Source of the DNA: Verrucomicrobiota bacterium
GTDB taxonomy: Bacteria; Verrucomicrobiota; Verrucomicrobiia; Limisphaerales; JAKPVM01
Assembly: GCA_029572555.1 (NCBI GenBank)
Contig: JAKPVM010000076.1
Coordinates: forward strand, 2,467 to 66,466
Direction of reading: 5' to 3'
Length of the DNA stretch: 64,000 nt
Part shown: positions 46,101 through 55,584 of the stretch, piece after piece
How the letters are laid out: every line of letters begins with the position of its first letter
Numbering within the stretch: position 1 is the first letter of the stretch
Notes under the pieces: generated by a model
What the model was told of the DNA's origin: nothing
The model's database searches: none
The model's input: only the letters and a program-made list of their open reading frames with translations
Made by a program: the position numbers and the translations under genes

Positions 46101-49100
46101 TTAAATTTGTAACAGCCGACGGGTCATTTACGGTAAAGAGCTTGCGGAAATAGGTTGTAACCCATTTATTGTTGCTAGTACCATACGGAACGCGTGTCGC
46201 TTCATCCCCTTCTCCATATCCGAGTTCTGCGCGCCCACTTTGCCACCTTGAATGGTCAAAATTTAGATCATACCAGTTTGAAGGCGCGCTTGCATTTGTG
46301 GCAAGATAATACCAGATTGAACCTGCGGTTATTAATTGAACCTCCACAGGTTGCGGTTGGGAGACAGGGGATGTTATTTGAATTTGAACCGGAGCCGAGG
46401 TATATGTTTTTCCTCCCATTAACCCTACCGCAGTCAAACTGTAAGTTCCTTGTGGCGGATTATTCCATACATATTGATATGGAGCGGTAAAATCTTGACC
46501 GAGTTGACTTACTCCTGATAAAAACGCAACCGCAGTTACTTTTCCTTCCCCTGTCTTTGCCTGCGCTGTTATAGTCAATGTAGATGGATTATAGAAAACT
46601 TGACCGTTCTTTGGTGAATCGATATACACGACCCGAATTGCCGACAGTTCGCTTGCCGACACTCCACTTAGAGCTAAATCAAAATTTAAATCTGAGCTTG
46701 TTCCATTGACTTGATGAACTTCCACGGCAATAATATTTGTGCCGGGTTGTAAAACGGTTTTTGGCAAAATTGCTTGTAAATAATTATCCGGCTCTACAGC
46801 CTCAATGGCATTGGTGTTATAACCGACAACGGCATTTGTCGGCATATTATCTCTAAAGACTTCAACATTATTGATATAAACAATAATGCCATCATCTCTA
46901 AGCACTTCAAGGAGCAGATTGGTATAACCAGCGAGTGCCTGGCTTGTTATAGAAAAGGTTTTACGGAAATAATAAGTGATATATTTATTGTCTGAGTTAG
47001 TACCGTAATTTATGACTGTTGTTTCGTTGCCTTCCCCATAACCAAGAATTCCCGCACCGCTATGCCAACTTGAATCGTCAAAACTTGAATATATCCAGCT
47101 TGTCCCTTGATTTGAACCATCATCAAGATATTTCCATTCCGATTTTTTTGAAATTATTGGTGTATAAATGCTTGAACCATTAATTAAAAAGAAATCTGCA
47201 CCGCTATAATCAGGACCAACAGTAATAGCCGGAGGAGAAATAAAGGTATTACTTCCATACACGGGTTCAAAAGCATTAACCGTATAAGTCCCGCTTGATA
47301 GCATGCTGATAGTATAAAATCCGTCAGACCCGCTAAAAGCGTATTTTCCTGAATCAATATAGACTTTAATACCCGGTACTGGTTTCCCATCAATAGTTAA
47401 CACCCTACCGGATATTGAATAAGTTGTTGAAGAACCTACTTGAATAAGAATTGTATCGTGAGCAATCCCGCCTTTTAAATCGCTGACGGTGCAAGAAACA
47501 CGATACTTGCCGGCTGAATTAAATGTTTTGGTTAATGATGATAAACTTTCAGTGCTATAAGTACCGTTTCCAAAATCCCAGAAATAAGCCAATGCATCAC
47601 CGTTCGGGTCTGTTGCGGTGGCTAAAAATGTAACCGCCTGATTAACTGACGTTGTGGTTGTTGATGAACTTATATAAGCCTGTGGATTCTGGTTGGTTGG
47701 AAACGGACCAAAATTAATTGCTATATCAAGAGATTCTGGATAAGTGTGCGCTTTTCTTAATGGTGTAATGAATAAATTCATAGCCGGGTCTGAAAATGTT
47801 CGCCCGATAGTTAGTGAATGGTCGTCTTTACCGCCGCTTGAACCGGGCGTGGTATCGAAAAGGATTGTACTTCCGGATACCCACCTCATACTAATGCCGT
47901 TCATCATCGCGGTATTTCCAGTCCAGAGTTGACGAAACTCAAGCCAGTAAGGATTTCCCGAGGGACGATTAATTTTAATCCCGCGAACGCCGATAGGGGC
48001 TTGAGCTATATCCTGAGCATAGAGTCTATAAATACCGCTTGCTGTTGCTGTGGGACAATCACTATTAGGTATCCACCCTATTTTATTCTTAAAAAATGAA
48101 CTGTAATGACGTACTCCTCCGCCACTGCCACCCATTGTATCAAAAGGGTCTCCATATTCATCACTCTGCCCATCCCCAATCATCGACTTGTCGCTCGTGT
48201 TCCACCAATTGGCGTGACCAAGACCAAGATTATGTCCAAATTCATGCGCCGTTGTGCGGACATCAAAATAGCTATTTGCAAGATGAAATCCCACACCGCC
48301 CACATAACCAAGACCCGCATAACTGTAAGCAGGTTTTCCCCCGGTAACCACGAAAAAGAAATCGTATTTGTTTAAATCATAACCGTAAATATCGCGGGCT
48401 TTATTTCTCGCCTCGGGATATAGTTTTGAAAGTCCAGCGTTATCATAAGCCGCCACATTTTCCCCCATACGCATAAGAGGTGTTATATCTGAACCTTTAC
48501 CGACCGGCGCTACTACAAATTTGGAGTACGAAACCTGCGCCATAAAGTTGCTTAAATCATTCATTAAAGTTAAGGCTGCATTTGTGGTTAAGGCGTCAAC
48601 TTGATAATCCGGAAAGTCCACGCGCATTACAAGAAATCGCTTTCTTCCTTCGGTATAACTTGATTCTGCAGTTGGATAACTTGGAGAATATGTTGGTGTA
48701 TCAAGGGACTCGTCCTCAATCTTATTCTGCGTCCATTCAATGGCTTGAGCCATTGTTGAAAACGTGAATACTTCCCCTCCGATTTTAATAGATACCGGCG
48801 CGGTGATTCCTGACGCCTCTCCGTTTTCCAGAAGTCTTACCGGTGAGGGGGACATAGCAACCAATTTTACGGGATTCAAACCCATCTTATCGTCCGGGAT
48901 TGATGCTGCGTATTCAGTGGATACAGCAATACCATTTATTGGAAAATTTGGACGGGTAACATAATCAAGCCCTTTATTATAAGTAAAAATGCGGCATTTT
49001 TCTCCGTTAATGATTGCGCTGCGAACAATTGAAAGTTTGCTATGGTCGTCTCCTTCAACTGGAAACACGCACACCGATTCGTAGTTACAACGGGTGTTAA

Positions 49101-49575
49101 TTTGCTGCTCTAAATACGGTTGAATTGATTTAGGAAGACTGGTTTTAATATTTTCAGGTAAGGCAAGTTCAAGGGCACGTTGGGGATCGTTTACTATAAA
49201 TTGCGCCAATGCCTTTATTCTCTTCTGCGCAAGTTCGATTCCTTCTTTCTCAATCTGTTTTTTCAATACGGGGTCGGCTTCCTTGTATTTTAATACCCAA
49301 TCGTTGAATTTCTTAAATTCAGGTTCGTCTTCATTTAATTTTTGGGGAAAAGATTGAGGAGTAAAAATAATTTTATTAATTGCATTAACATTACCAATCT
49401 TTGTTTGGGAAGATTGGCTTTTAAGTCTTCCAACGGCTGAAGAGGTTAAGGAATCTTCAACTCTGTCTGGCTTATGATTAGTATGGTTTTCCGACTGTTT
49501 GAGGTTGGCTAATATAAAGACAGCTAAAAATAATATTGAGATAATTACCCAAACATTACTAAAATATTTTTTCAT
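43189..49575 (-). CDS. 2128-aa secreted multidomain metzincin-type zinc metalloprotease: protease, PKD, CarboxypepD_reg, then 5 x ~160-aa module alternating with Ig-like domains, then a C-terminal domain ending QFFRLQKP
   Basis: Signal/anchor MKKYFSNVWVIISILFLAVFILA. Zinc site TAHEFGHNLGLGHANWW (nt 48214-48246), followed by SDEYGDPFDTMGG (gametolysin/M11-like from memory; low certainty). PKD: FLATATDPNGDALAYFWDFGNGT. The five modules are listed under findings. Confidence 0.8.
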   Translation of the reverse strand: MKKYFSNVWVIISILFLAVFILANLKQSENHTNHKPDRVEDSLTSSAVGRLKSQSSQTKIGNVNAINKIIFTPQSFPQKLNEDEPEFKKFNDWVLKYKEADPVLKKQIEKEGIELAQKRIKALAQFIVNDPQRALELALPENIKTSLPKSIQPYLEQQINTRCNYESVCVFPVEGDDHSKLSIVRSAIINGEKCRIFTYNKGLDYVTRPNFPINGIAVSTEYAASIPDDKMGLNPVKLVAMSPSPVRLLENGEASGITAPVSIKIGGEVFTFSTMAQAIEWTQNKIEDESLDTPTYSPSYPTAESSYTEGRKRFLVMRVDFPDYQVDALTTNAALTLMNDLSNFMAQVSYSKFVVAPVGKGSDITPLMRMGENVAAYDNAGLSKLYPEARNKARDIYGYDLNKYDFFFVVTGGKPAYSYAGLGYVGGVGFHLANSYFDVRTTAHEFGHNLGLGHANWWNTSDKSMIGDGQSDEYGDPFDTMGGSGGGVRHYSSFFKNKIGWIPNSDCPTATASGIYRLYAQDIAQAPIGVRGIKINRPSGNPYWLEFRQLWTGNTAMMNGISMRWVSGSTILFDTTPGSSGGKDDHSLTIGRTFSDPAMNLFITPLRKAHTYPESLDIAINFGPFPTNQNPQAYISSSTTTTSVNQAVTFLATATDPNGDALAYFWDFGNGTYSTESLSSLTKTFNSAGKYRVSCTVSDLKGGIAHDTILIQVGSSTTYSISGRVLTIDGKPVPGIKVYIDSGKYAFSGSDGFYTISMLSSGTYTVNAFEPVYGSNTFISPPAITVGPDYSGADFFLINGSSIYTPIISKKSEWKYLDDGSNQGTSWIYSSFDDSSWHSGAGILGYGEGNETTVINYGTNSDNKYITYYFRKTFSITSQALAGYTNLLLEVLRDDGIIVYINNVEVFRDNMPTNAVVGYNTNAIEAVEPDNYLQAILPKTVLQPGTNIIAVEVHQVNGTSSDLNFDLALSGVSASELSAIRVVYIDSPKNGQVFYNPSTLTITAQAKTGEGKVTAVAFLSGVSQLGQDFTAPYQYVWNNPPQGTYSLTAVGLMGGKTYTSAPVQIQITSPVSQPQPVEVQLITAGSIWYYLATNASAPSNWYDLNFDHSRWQSGRAELGYGEGDEATRVPYGTSNNKWVTTYFRKLFTVNDPSAVTNLILNLKRDDGAVVYLNGVEVVRDLLPDGEITWSTPSENASDDGQTFNGFLINPQLLLNGTNSLAVEIHQSSLTSSDLSFDLSLVGYASTNRNRGLWITTPTNNSEYSSLASIRIAADVVVGGELSVSNLVFYSDNSLIYTITGRNPVYSFDLQNLLPGVHQIYAVATDSAGLTVTSAPVQIFINSPPMPTAFVSFGDRWKYLDDGSNQDYAWRNFNYDDRNWKSGFGKFGYGKDGELTVVNSGTNSSLHYVTTYFRKTFVVSNSSPYNSILLNIIRDDGIVVYINGNEVFRDNMLDGVVSFNSLALRTIEPSEENTPIQSIIPVNLVNGTNIVAVEVHQVNVSSSDIGFDMEMLGLTETNTTNGIYITSPYNGANLFIEQPVVIKSFAVSGDNYVYKVDYYINYSKIGDSFSPPYQLTWNPTNPGTYIIKANAIFGAGRTFSSAPITINVLTPSDPVEPLAVKLINTESEWKFWDNLQQVSSGWQMLDFNDTSWPSDYARFGFGYDGEKTLLTEGRITHYFRKSFFVTNIAMFTELEFRLQRDDGAVVYLNGKEVFRNNMPSGNITASTLASTTINTPDETAWITTILPVEGLGLLNGTNVVAVELHQSSSTSSDAGFDLELVAYGDTAGRVIISNPIAGSAYLLTNTMPIYVSTWAGYLNPIQKTELYVDGVKLGELAGTNSVYNWTTLLPGERWISARSYTASGKHYDSQPVNVIVGQESTAFTLINSNSVWKYLDNGSNQGDNWKYSTFNDSSWKIGRAKFGYGGDGEATVLSYGGNSNNKYITYYFRCPFTVPSDSILTNLSFYLLVDDGAVVYIDGIEIFRQNMPQGTINYLTQANSAISGPDEQTFYLTKIDTILHSGTHIIAVEVHQSSATSTDLGFNMAVVYGNGIIAALPEVEATVVKHISNIELSVPSIYGDWRVFGYTNISQLLSGQGEPVPFTLIESNNQKYYIILPTEPVQFFRLQKP
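43438..47145 (-). repeat. Five ~160-aa modules (aa 811-970, 1081-1241, 1350-1511, 1620-1780, 1882-2046) alternating with four ~100-aa Ig-like spacers
   Basis: Each module reads W(K/Y)(Y/F)LD.GSNQ...W....F(D/N)D..W..G.a.(F/L)GYG..GE.T...YG......(I/V)T.YFRK.F.V......L.L.L.RDDG(A/I)VVY(L/I)NG.EVFR.NMP.G....GTN..AVE(V/I)HQ....SSD..FD(L/M).L. Spacers end ...SAP(V/I)(Q/T)I.I. Confidence 0.75.
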
Positions 49576-49724
49576 TTAACATCATTTTACCTAATTTTAA
49601 ATGGGTATTGCATAATTTACAACAGTTTTGATATTTGAGCAAAAAATATGCCAAAAAATAGGAATTTTAAAAGAAAATTATTAGATTCACAGTTCTAAAC
49701 AAAGTGGTTTTAATGAAATAGAAT

Positions 49725-51587
49725 TTATTCTTTTGTGTCTAAATTGCGTTCCTGAATAATTTTTAAGTAAAGAAAAGAGATTGGGTTATCCCACCAGTTG
49801 AGTTTAATTGAACGGGTGAACATCTCTCGGGCCTTTTTATAATCTTGAATCTGAAAATAATGCCAGCCAAGATGCGCAAGCATATAATAACTATTAGGGT
49901 CAAGTTCAATTGCCCTGTTAAAGTATGTTTTGGCTTCTGCGGTGCGTCCAATCCAATCAAGGCACATACCATATCGCAGGAACGGATAAGGGTCTAAGGG
50001 GTTTAGGTCCATCGACTTACGAAACCAGTCCATTGCTTTTATAGCAAGTTCTTTATAATTGTCATTCCCTTCCCAGCTTTGCATCCGCAGTAATTCGCCA
50101 ATTGTATAACAAGTTTCAGGATTTTGCGGCTCAACTTTATATGCACTTAGTAAATACTGGATTGTATCGTTCTGGTTCAAAGATTCATTTGCGAGTTTCA
50201 AATAATATTCTTCGTTATATCGTTGCAAACCAGTTAACATAATGATTGACGCAACACCGAGTATGCACAATACAGAAACCAATCTCCCAATTCCTTTTAC
50301 TTGAACCCAGCATTTTTTTGTGGAATATCTCCAATAGGAAATTAATAGGGATAAAAAGGTTAAAGCAATAATTGCATTGGCAGGAATGTGCATATTGAAA
50401 TCAAAAAACGAGTGAACCCCGATTCCAATGAGCCCTGCGGAAAACCCCAGAACAAATGCACCTTTTTTGCTTGAATGCCCGGTTTCTAATCTTTTTTTGA
50501 CTCCTTTCCACGCCTCTAAGCCTGTCCACACCGTTGTAGCGATACATAAAAGAACAATGGCAAATCCGACAATTCCATAATCAACAAGTGTATTTAGATA
50601 ATCATTGTGAACCCATCCGGGTCTGCCTTGAGATATGTTAAGTGCTTCACGCACTTGACGATACCTATAATCGTAATGTCCCGGACCAACCCCGAATAAT
50701 GGCGCTTGTTTCCATATCTTTATAGCGCCATTCCAGTATAAGATTCGGCGATTTTCATCGGGTACTAGAAGTCTATTTTCCTGAAGGCGTTTTTTTGCAA
50801 CGATATTTTGGCTATATAAATAAAATCCTACAAATATCAACAAAATAATTGCAATCACGACTGGCAACCAAAATCTTCGTTTATGCAAAAGTACAATAAC
50901 AACGAACAATATACCAACACCTGCCGACAGCCAACCGGCTCGCGAAGCAGTTGTTACAAGCCCACAAGTCATCATCAACACAGAATAGCCGAGTAGAATC
51001 CTGACAAGGTAACTTACCCGCGCTGAAAGCAAAAGAGAGATGCCCAATGGTAATAACATTACCAGCAATCCCGCAAAATGGTTTGGGCAGATATACGTTC
51101 CCGATGCTCGTCCGTCATACTGAAGCGGTTTTGGATAAATCAAAACCCATTCGGAATGTGTTAAATATTGATAGATTGCATAAATTGAAATCAAAGTGCC
51201 CACAGTAAGCAATACCCCGGCAATTATAGAAATTGCTCGCCGACGATGAAGATTGTTAAGGATAGCAAAAAACAGAGCGGTATAAAAAATTATTTGCAAT
51301 AGTTCTGAACGCGCAACGTATTCAATATCAGCAGATAAATACCGAGCAAATGCATAAACTAAAAACGCAAGAACACCCCAGCAGACCGGTGGCCACAACA
51401 ACTTCACTTCTCTTGCGACAAAAATTCTTATTACCCATAGTAAAAGGATTCCTAATAGCATTGATTCCAATAACAGAAAGTCCAAGGGAAGTACTGCCCC
51501 GATTGCAATCGGAGCATAAATCAAAATCCCGAGCGTTAGCCCAAGAATTCCCGCCTCAAGAAATTGGTCAATCCGTTCGCGAACCAT
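49725..51587 (-). CDS. O-antigen ligase-family polytopic membrane protein fused to a C-terminal TPR domain
   Basis: About 12 TM segments. Loop motif GWVHNDYLNTLVDYGIVGFAIVL. The C-terminal ~170 aa carry TPR-like repeats (AIKAMDWFRKSMDLNPLDPYPF, AKTYFNRAIELDPNSYY, AREMFTRSIKLN). Confidence 0.8.
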   Translation of the reverse strand: MVRERIDQFLEAGILGLTLGILIYAPIAIGAVLPLDFLLLESMLLGILLLWVIRIFVAREVKLLWPPVCWGVLAFLVYAFARYLSADIEYVARSELLQIIFYTALFFAILNNLHRRRAISIIAGVLLTVGTLISIYAIYQYLTHSEWVLIYPKPLQYDGRASGTYICPNHFAGLLVMLLPLGISLLLSARVSYLVRILLGYSVLMMTCGLVTTASRAGWLSAGVGILFVVIVLLHKRRFWLPVVIAIILLIFVGFYLYSQNIVAKKRLQENRLLVPDENRRILYWNGAIKIWKQAPLFGVGPGHYDYRYRQVREALNISQGRPGWVHNDYLNTLVDYGIVGFAIVLLCIATTVWTGLEAWKGVKKRLETGHSSKKGAFVLGFSAGLIGIGVHSFFDFNMHIPANAIIALTFLSLLISYWRYSTKKCWVQVKGIGRLVSVLCILGVASIIMLTGLQRYNEEYYLKLANESLNQNDTIQYLLSAYKVEPQNPETCYTIGELLRMQSWEGNDNYKELAIKAMDWFRKSMDLNPLDPYPFLRYGMCLDWIGRTAEAKTYFNRAIELDPNSYYMLAHLGWHYFQIQDYKKAREMFTRSIKLNWWDNPISFLYLKIIQERNLDTKE

Positions 51588-51671
51588 TTGCAGATTAGAT
51601 TACAATTTTAAGACAGATACGGCAAGTGACGTTTATTAAATAAAAAAGAAAAGCAAAAAGGTGAAGTTATG

Positions 51672-52403
51672 TTATTTTTGTTGGTTAGAAGATTTAGAAC
51701 GGAGCGAATCTGTAAATTCTGCCCACAATTCCTCAACGGTTTTACCCGTTATATCCTTGAATAAATCAATCTTGAATTGTCTTTCTCGTAGCGGTTTGTT
51801 AAGTTTTTTTACTAATTCCTTATCATATTTTTTCTCTGCCCATTCTAAAAATATGGCTGTTGTCTTGTAAGAATCGCGATAACTCGCCCTGTCAGGGTTA
51901 ATTCTTGGTCTTCGGGCTTGCGGTTCAAAATGCACGAGACGAATATAATCTGCTATACCTTCAACAAGCCAGCCGGGTTTTGAAAAACCTTCAAGAGGCT
52001 CCGGGTAAGCCTGAACAACGTGCGTTAACTCGTGAACTACCATCCCAAAGTCATTGGTGTTTTGACGAACATAGTTCGCGGCAAAACTAATTGAACTGCG
52101 GCCTGTGGCTGCAACGCCTCGCATATCTTTTTTGAAACGGAGTTTCACAGAATTGTAAGGCTTAAAACCTTCACTATCCAGAAGTCTACAAATCTTTGGA
52201 TACCATTGGGCGCACAACTCGCCGGATTTATAAGCCCAATCTTTCAAATCTGGTGTTTCATTAGCATCAACTGAAATGGTTGCAATAACTTCACCCTGAT
52301 CGTTTGTTGCTGAAAATGTCCACGTCAATTGATTTGTGTCCACCTCTGCCCCATATAAAAATGAAGCAAATAAAACCGTAACAAATGTACTTTTTATCCA
52401 CAT
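51672..52403 (-). CDS. Secreted basic-secretory-protein (BSP, PF04450-like) putative metallopeptidase
   Basis: Signal peptide. VVHELTHVVQ plus GWLVEGIADYIR, the two BSP family signatures. Confidence 0.65.
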   Translation of the reverse strand: MWIKSTFVTVLFASFLYGAEVDTNQLTWTFSATNDQGEVIATISVDANETPDLKDWAYKSGELCAQWYPKICRLLDSEGFKPYNSVKLRFKKDMRGVAATGRSSISFAANYVRQNTNDFGMVVHELTHVVQAYPEPLEGFSKPGWLVEGIADYIRLVHFEPQARRPRINPDRASYRDSYKTTAIFLEWAEKKYDKELVKKLNKPLRERQFKIDLFKDITGKTVEELWAEFTDSLRSKSSNQQK

Positions 52404-52519
52404 AATAATCCTTATTTTCTAATTAGATTCAAAATGTTCTTTTCTGTTTAACAGAATTTAAAAATATTTTAAATAGATTTTTTTAAGGTAAAGTCTTATA
52501 TATTAAGTAATTTAAAAAT

Positions 52520-53161
52520 ATGAAAGAACTATTTACTAACATAAGTTGGTTTGATTTTGTTGTAATTATCTTTTTTGTATTCGGGATAATACGCGGAAGA
52601 AAAAGAGGGATGTCTCAGGAATTTCTTGATTTTCTTATGTGGCTGGGGATTGTTTTCGGAGCCGCTCTGGGATATAAACCTATATCTTCCTTCCTTGTTA
52701 AAACAACCGGTCTTTCACTACTATGGGCTCAGGTGCTTGGGTATTTTGCAATTATTCTTGTTTGCTTAATCGTTAAATCAATCCTTGATAGATTAATTCA
52801 AGATAAAATTACAGAATGGGACCTGTTCGGCGGGTTGGAATATCCCCTTGGTATGGTGTCTGGCGCCATAAGGTTCTTGTGTATGCTGCTAATGGTTCTT
52901 GCATTGCTGAACGCTAAACTCATACCTGAACAAGAACGGCAGGCTGAACTTAAAAAACAGGAACAAGAACTTGGTTCTATCTATTTCCCAACATTAGGAC
53001 AGGTTCAGTACACTGTTTTTAATGATTCTTTTTTTGGAAGGCTCGTAAAAAAGCATCTTTCTTGGATGCTCATAGAAGGCGTTCCTTCCGGGGAAAAACA
53101 GAAAACCGAAGACCTTAAATCTAAAAAGCAGGAGACCATTGATAAAATAATCGGTAAATAA
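52520..53161 (+). CDS. cvpA: CvpA-family membrane protein
   Basis: N-terminal WFDFVVIIFFVFGIIRGRKRGMSQEF plus three further TM helices, as in colicin V production protein family members. Confidence 0.65.
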   Translation: MKELFTNISWFDFVVIIFFVFGIIRGRKRGMSQEFLDFLMWLGIVFGAALGYKPISSFLVKTTGLSLLWAQVLGYFAIILVCLIVKSILDRLIQDKITEWDLFGGLEYPLGMVSGAIRFLCMLLMVLALLNAKLIPEQERQAELKKQEQELGSIYFPTLGQVQYTVFNDSFFGRLVKKHLSWMLIEGVPSGEKQKTEDLKSKKQETIDKIIGK

Positions 53162-53214
53162 TCGGACATAAGTTTACAATAAATTTATTGTGATTTTTTT
53201 AGAAAATAGGCTTA

Positions 53215-54987
53215 ATGATATCACCCTCTTTAATTGAACAGATTCGTTTGGCTAATGATATTGTGGAAGTAATTGAAAGTTACCTTCCATTAAAAAAGTC
53301 GGGTGGCGGATTTTTTGCGTTGTGTCCTTTTCACAAAGAGAAAACGCCGAGCTTTTATGTTAACCCCCAGCGGCAGATATTCCACTGCTTCGGTTGTCAT
53401 AAGGGAGGGAATGTTTTCACTTTTTTGATGGAATATGAAAATTTGACGTTCATCGAGGCTGTTAAACAACTTGCAGAACGCGTTCATATTCAGATCCAAT
53501 TTGACGCCGCTTCAATTCCACAGAAGCGAGAAAAAGATTTGCTTTATGAGATTCACGAACAAATTACTCAGCGGTGGCATAACTGCCTGTTAAATGAATC
53601 AAGCGGCGAAGTTGCCCGCGAATATCTAAAAAAACGAGGTGTCAGCGAAGAGGCAATCAAGATATTTCGTCTTGGATATGCCCCTGATTTATGGGATGAT
53701 ACATTAAATTGGGGCGTCTCAAAAGGTTATTCTGCAGAAGTTCTTGAAAAGGCTGGTATTGTAAAAAAATCCGATGACAACAAAAAATATTATGATAAAT
53801 TTCGTGGTCGGTTGATTTTTCCAATTTGTGATGAACAAGGCAAAGTGATTGCATTTAGCGGACGAACTCTGGTAGAAGGGGAAAACACTGCAAAATATTT
53901 AAACTCTCCCGAGACGCCAATCTTTATTAAAAGCAAAATCTTCTACGGTCTTGATAAATCAAAAAAGGCAATTCTTAATGAAAAATTTGCAATTATATGC
54001 GAAGGACAATTGGATTTGATTTCCTGTTATATGGCAGGAATTAGAAATGTTGTTGCGCCGCAGGGCACAGCATTTACTCATCAACACGCCGCAATTTTAA
54101 AACGATATACAGATGAGGCGGTTTTATGTTTTGATTCAGATGACCCCGGCCAGGAGGCTACAATAAGGGCCGCGCCAATTCTATTTTCAAACAACATTGC
54201 CGTTAGAGTAGCTGTCGTGCCTGACCCCGATGACCCGGATAGTTTTATAAAAAATTATGGCGCAGAAAAATTCAAAGAGATAATTCAAAAGGCAAACGGG
54301 TTTTATGATTATTTCCTTGAAAGATTATGCAATCTAAATAATCCAGCTACGGATAAAGGGAAAATGACAATCATCAAGGAATTCGGTGTTGCCTTAAAAA
54401 GGTCTAACAATGCCGTAATTGTGGACACTTATAAAAACAGACTTGCTGGTCGTTTAGCAGTCAATCCTATCGCTATGGAAGAAGAATTAAAAAAACTCCC
54501 ATCTCAAATACAACCCGGCGATTTTTCAGAAGATACACTGCAAAGGAAAGAAACCTCATTAAATAATGATGAACTATGGCTTTTAAAAATTATACTGCAA
54601 TACGAAGAGACCGTATCTATCTTAAATGAATATTTAAATACGGAGTGGCTTCAGGACGATAGAATAAGGAAGATAATTGAAAAAAGATTGTCAACTGAGA
54701 TTGAGTGGATGGGCATATCGCAATTCATTGAAAATTTTGAAGAACCAGAACTTGCTGGCTTGATAACAGGAATTGCCATTGAATCGGAAAGCATCCCGCT
54801 GCCAGAAAAACAGGTTTTTGACATTCTCCTGAAATTAAGAAACAAATTCATTGAACAGAAAATTGTTCAAATAAAGATGAAATTGAACAACAACGCAATT
54901 GATGATAATACGCGCGACGAATTGATTTATGAAAAAATAAAACTGGACAAACAAAAAAAATTGTCTCTTGAGAAAATAGAAAAATGA
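53215..54987 (+). CDS. dnaG: DNA primase
   Basis: CHC2 zinc finger CPFHKEKTPSFYVNPQRQIFHCFGCHKGGNVFTFLM. TOPRIM: IICEGQLDLIS...LCFDSDDPGQEA. Confidence 0.9.
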   Translation: MISPSLIEQIRLANDIVEVIESYLPLKKSGGGFFALCPFHKEKTPSFYVNPQRQIFHCFGCHKGGNVFTFLMEYENLTFIEAVKQLAERVHIQIQFDAASIPQKREKDLLYEIHEQITQRWHNCLLNESSGEVAREYLKKRGVSEEAIKIFRLGYAPDLWDDTLNWGVSKGYSAEVLEKAGIVKKSDDNKKYYDKFRGRLIFPICDEQGKVIAFSGRTLVEGENTAKYLNSPETPIFIKSKIFYGLDKSKKAILNEKFAIICEGQLDLISCYMAGIRNVVAPQGTAFTHQHAAILKRYTDEAVLCFDSDDPGQEATIRAAPILFSNNIAVRVAVVPDPDDPDSFIKNYGAEKFKEIIQKANGFYDYFLERLCNLNNPATDKGKMTIIKEFGVALKRSNNAVIVDTYKNRLAGRLAVNPIAMEEELKKLPSQIQPGDFSEDTLQRKETSLNNDELWLLKIILQYEETVSILNEYLNTEWLQDDRIRKIIEKRLSTEIEWMGISQFIENFEEPELAGLITGIAIESESIPLPEKQVFDILLKLRNKFIEQKIVQIKMKLNNNAIDDNTRDELIYEKIKLDKQKKLSLEKIEK

Positions 54988-55043
54988 TAGTTGCGATGAT
55001 ATAAATTGACTTTGTATCTCCTATCCAAAGAAAATATGAATTT

Positions 55044-55580
55044 ATGTCAATAACGACAAAAAAAGGCGATGACGGAACAACTGGTTTGATGTTCAACAGG
55101 AAAGTTCGGAAATATCATCCCAATGTTGAAGCCTGCGGGAGCGTGGATGAACTTAATGCAGCGCTTGGCATAGTCAGGGCTTACTGCAAAAATAAAAACA
55201 TCAATGAACAAATTTATTCTATCCAAAATGATTTAATCGGTTTAATGGGCGAACTTGCAACTCTTGCTGAGGACGTTGAACTTTATCGGTCTTCGGGATT
55301 CAGGACATTGAAAAACGAGGACGCTGATAGACTGCACAAGTGTATTGATGAGTACTCGGGAGAAATTAAAAAGATGCAGGGCTGGGCTATCCCCGGAGAA
55401 TCAAAGTCGTCAGCTTTTCTTGACCTTGCACGGACAATATGCAGAAGGGCAGAACGTCGGGTATGTCTTTTACAAAAGGAGACAAAATATCTTAACCCAT
55501 CTATTATTATTTACCTTAATAGGTTGGGCGATTTGCTATGGTTAATGGCGCGAACTGTTGAAAAAGGCGCAGAAAAATAG
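55044..55580 (+). CDS. ATP:cob(I)alamin adenosyltransferase, PduO/MMAB type
   Basis: TKKGDDGTTGL...VEACGSVDELNAALG...RTICRRAERR. Confidence 0.85.
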   Translation: MSITTKKGDDGTTGLMFNRKVRKYHPNVEACGSVDELNAALGIVRAYCKNKNINEQIYSIQNDLIGLMGELATLAEDVELYRSSGFRTLKNEDADRLHKCIDEYSGEIKKMQGWAIPGESKSSAFLDLARTICRRAERRVCLLQKETKYLNPSIIIYLNRLGDLLWLMARTVEKGAEK

Positions 55581-55584
55581 CAGA

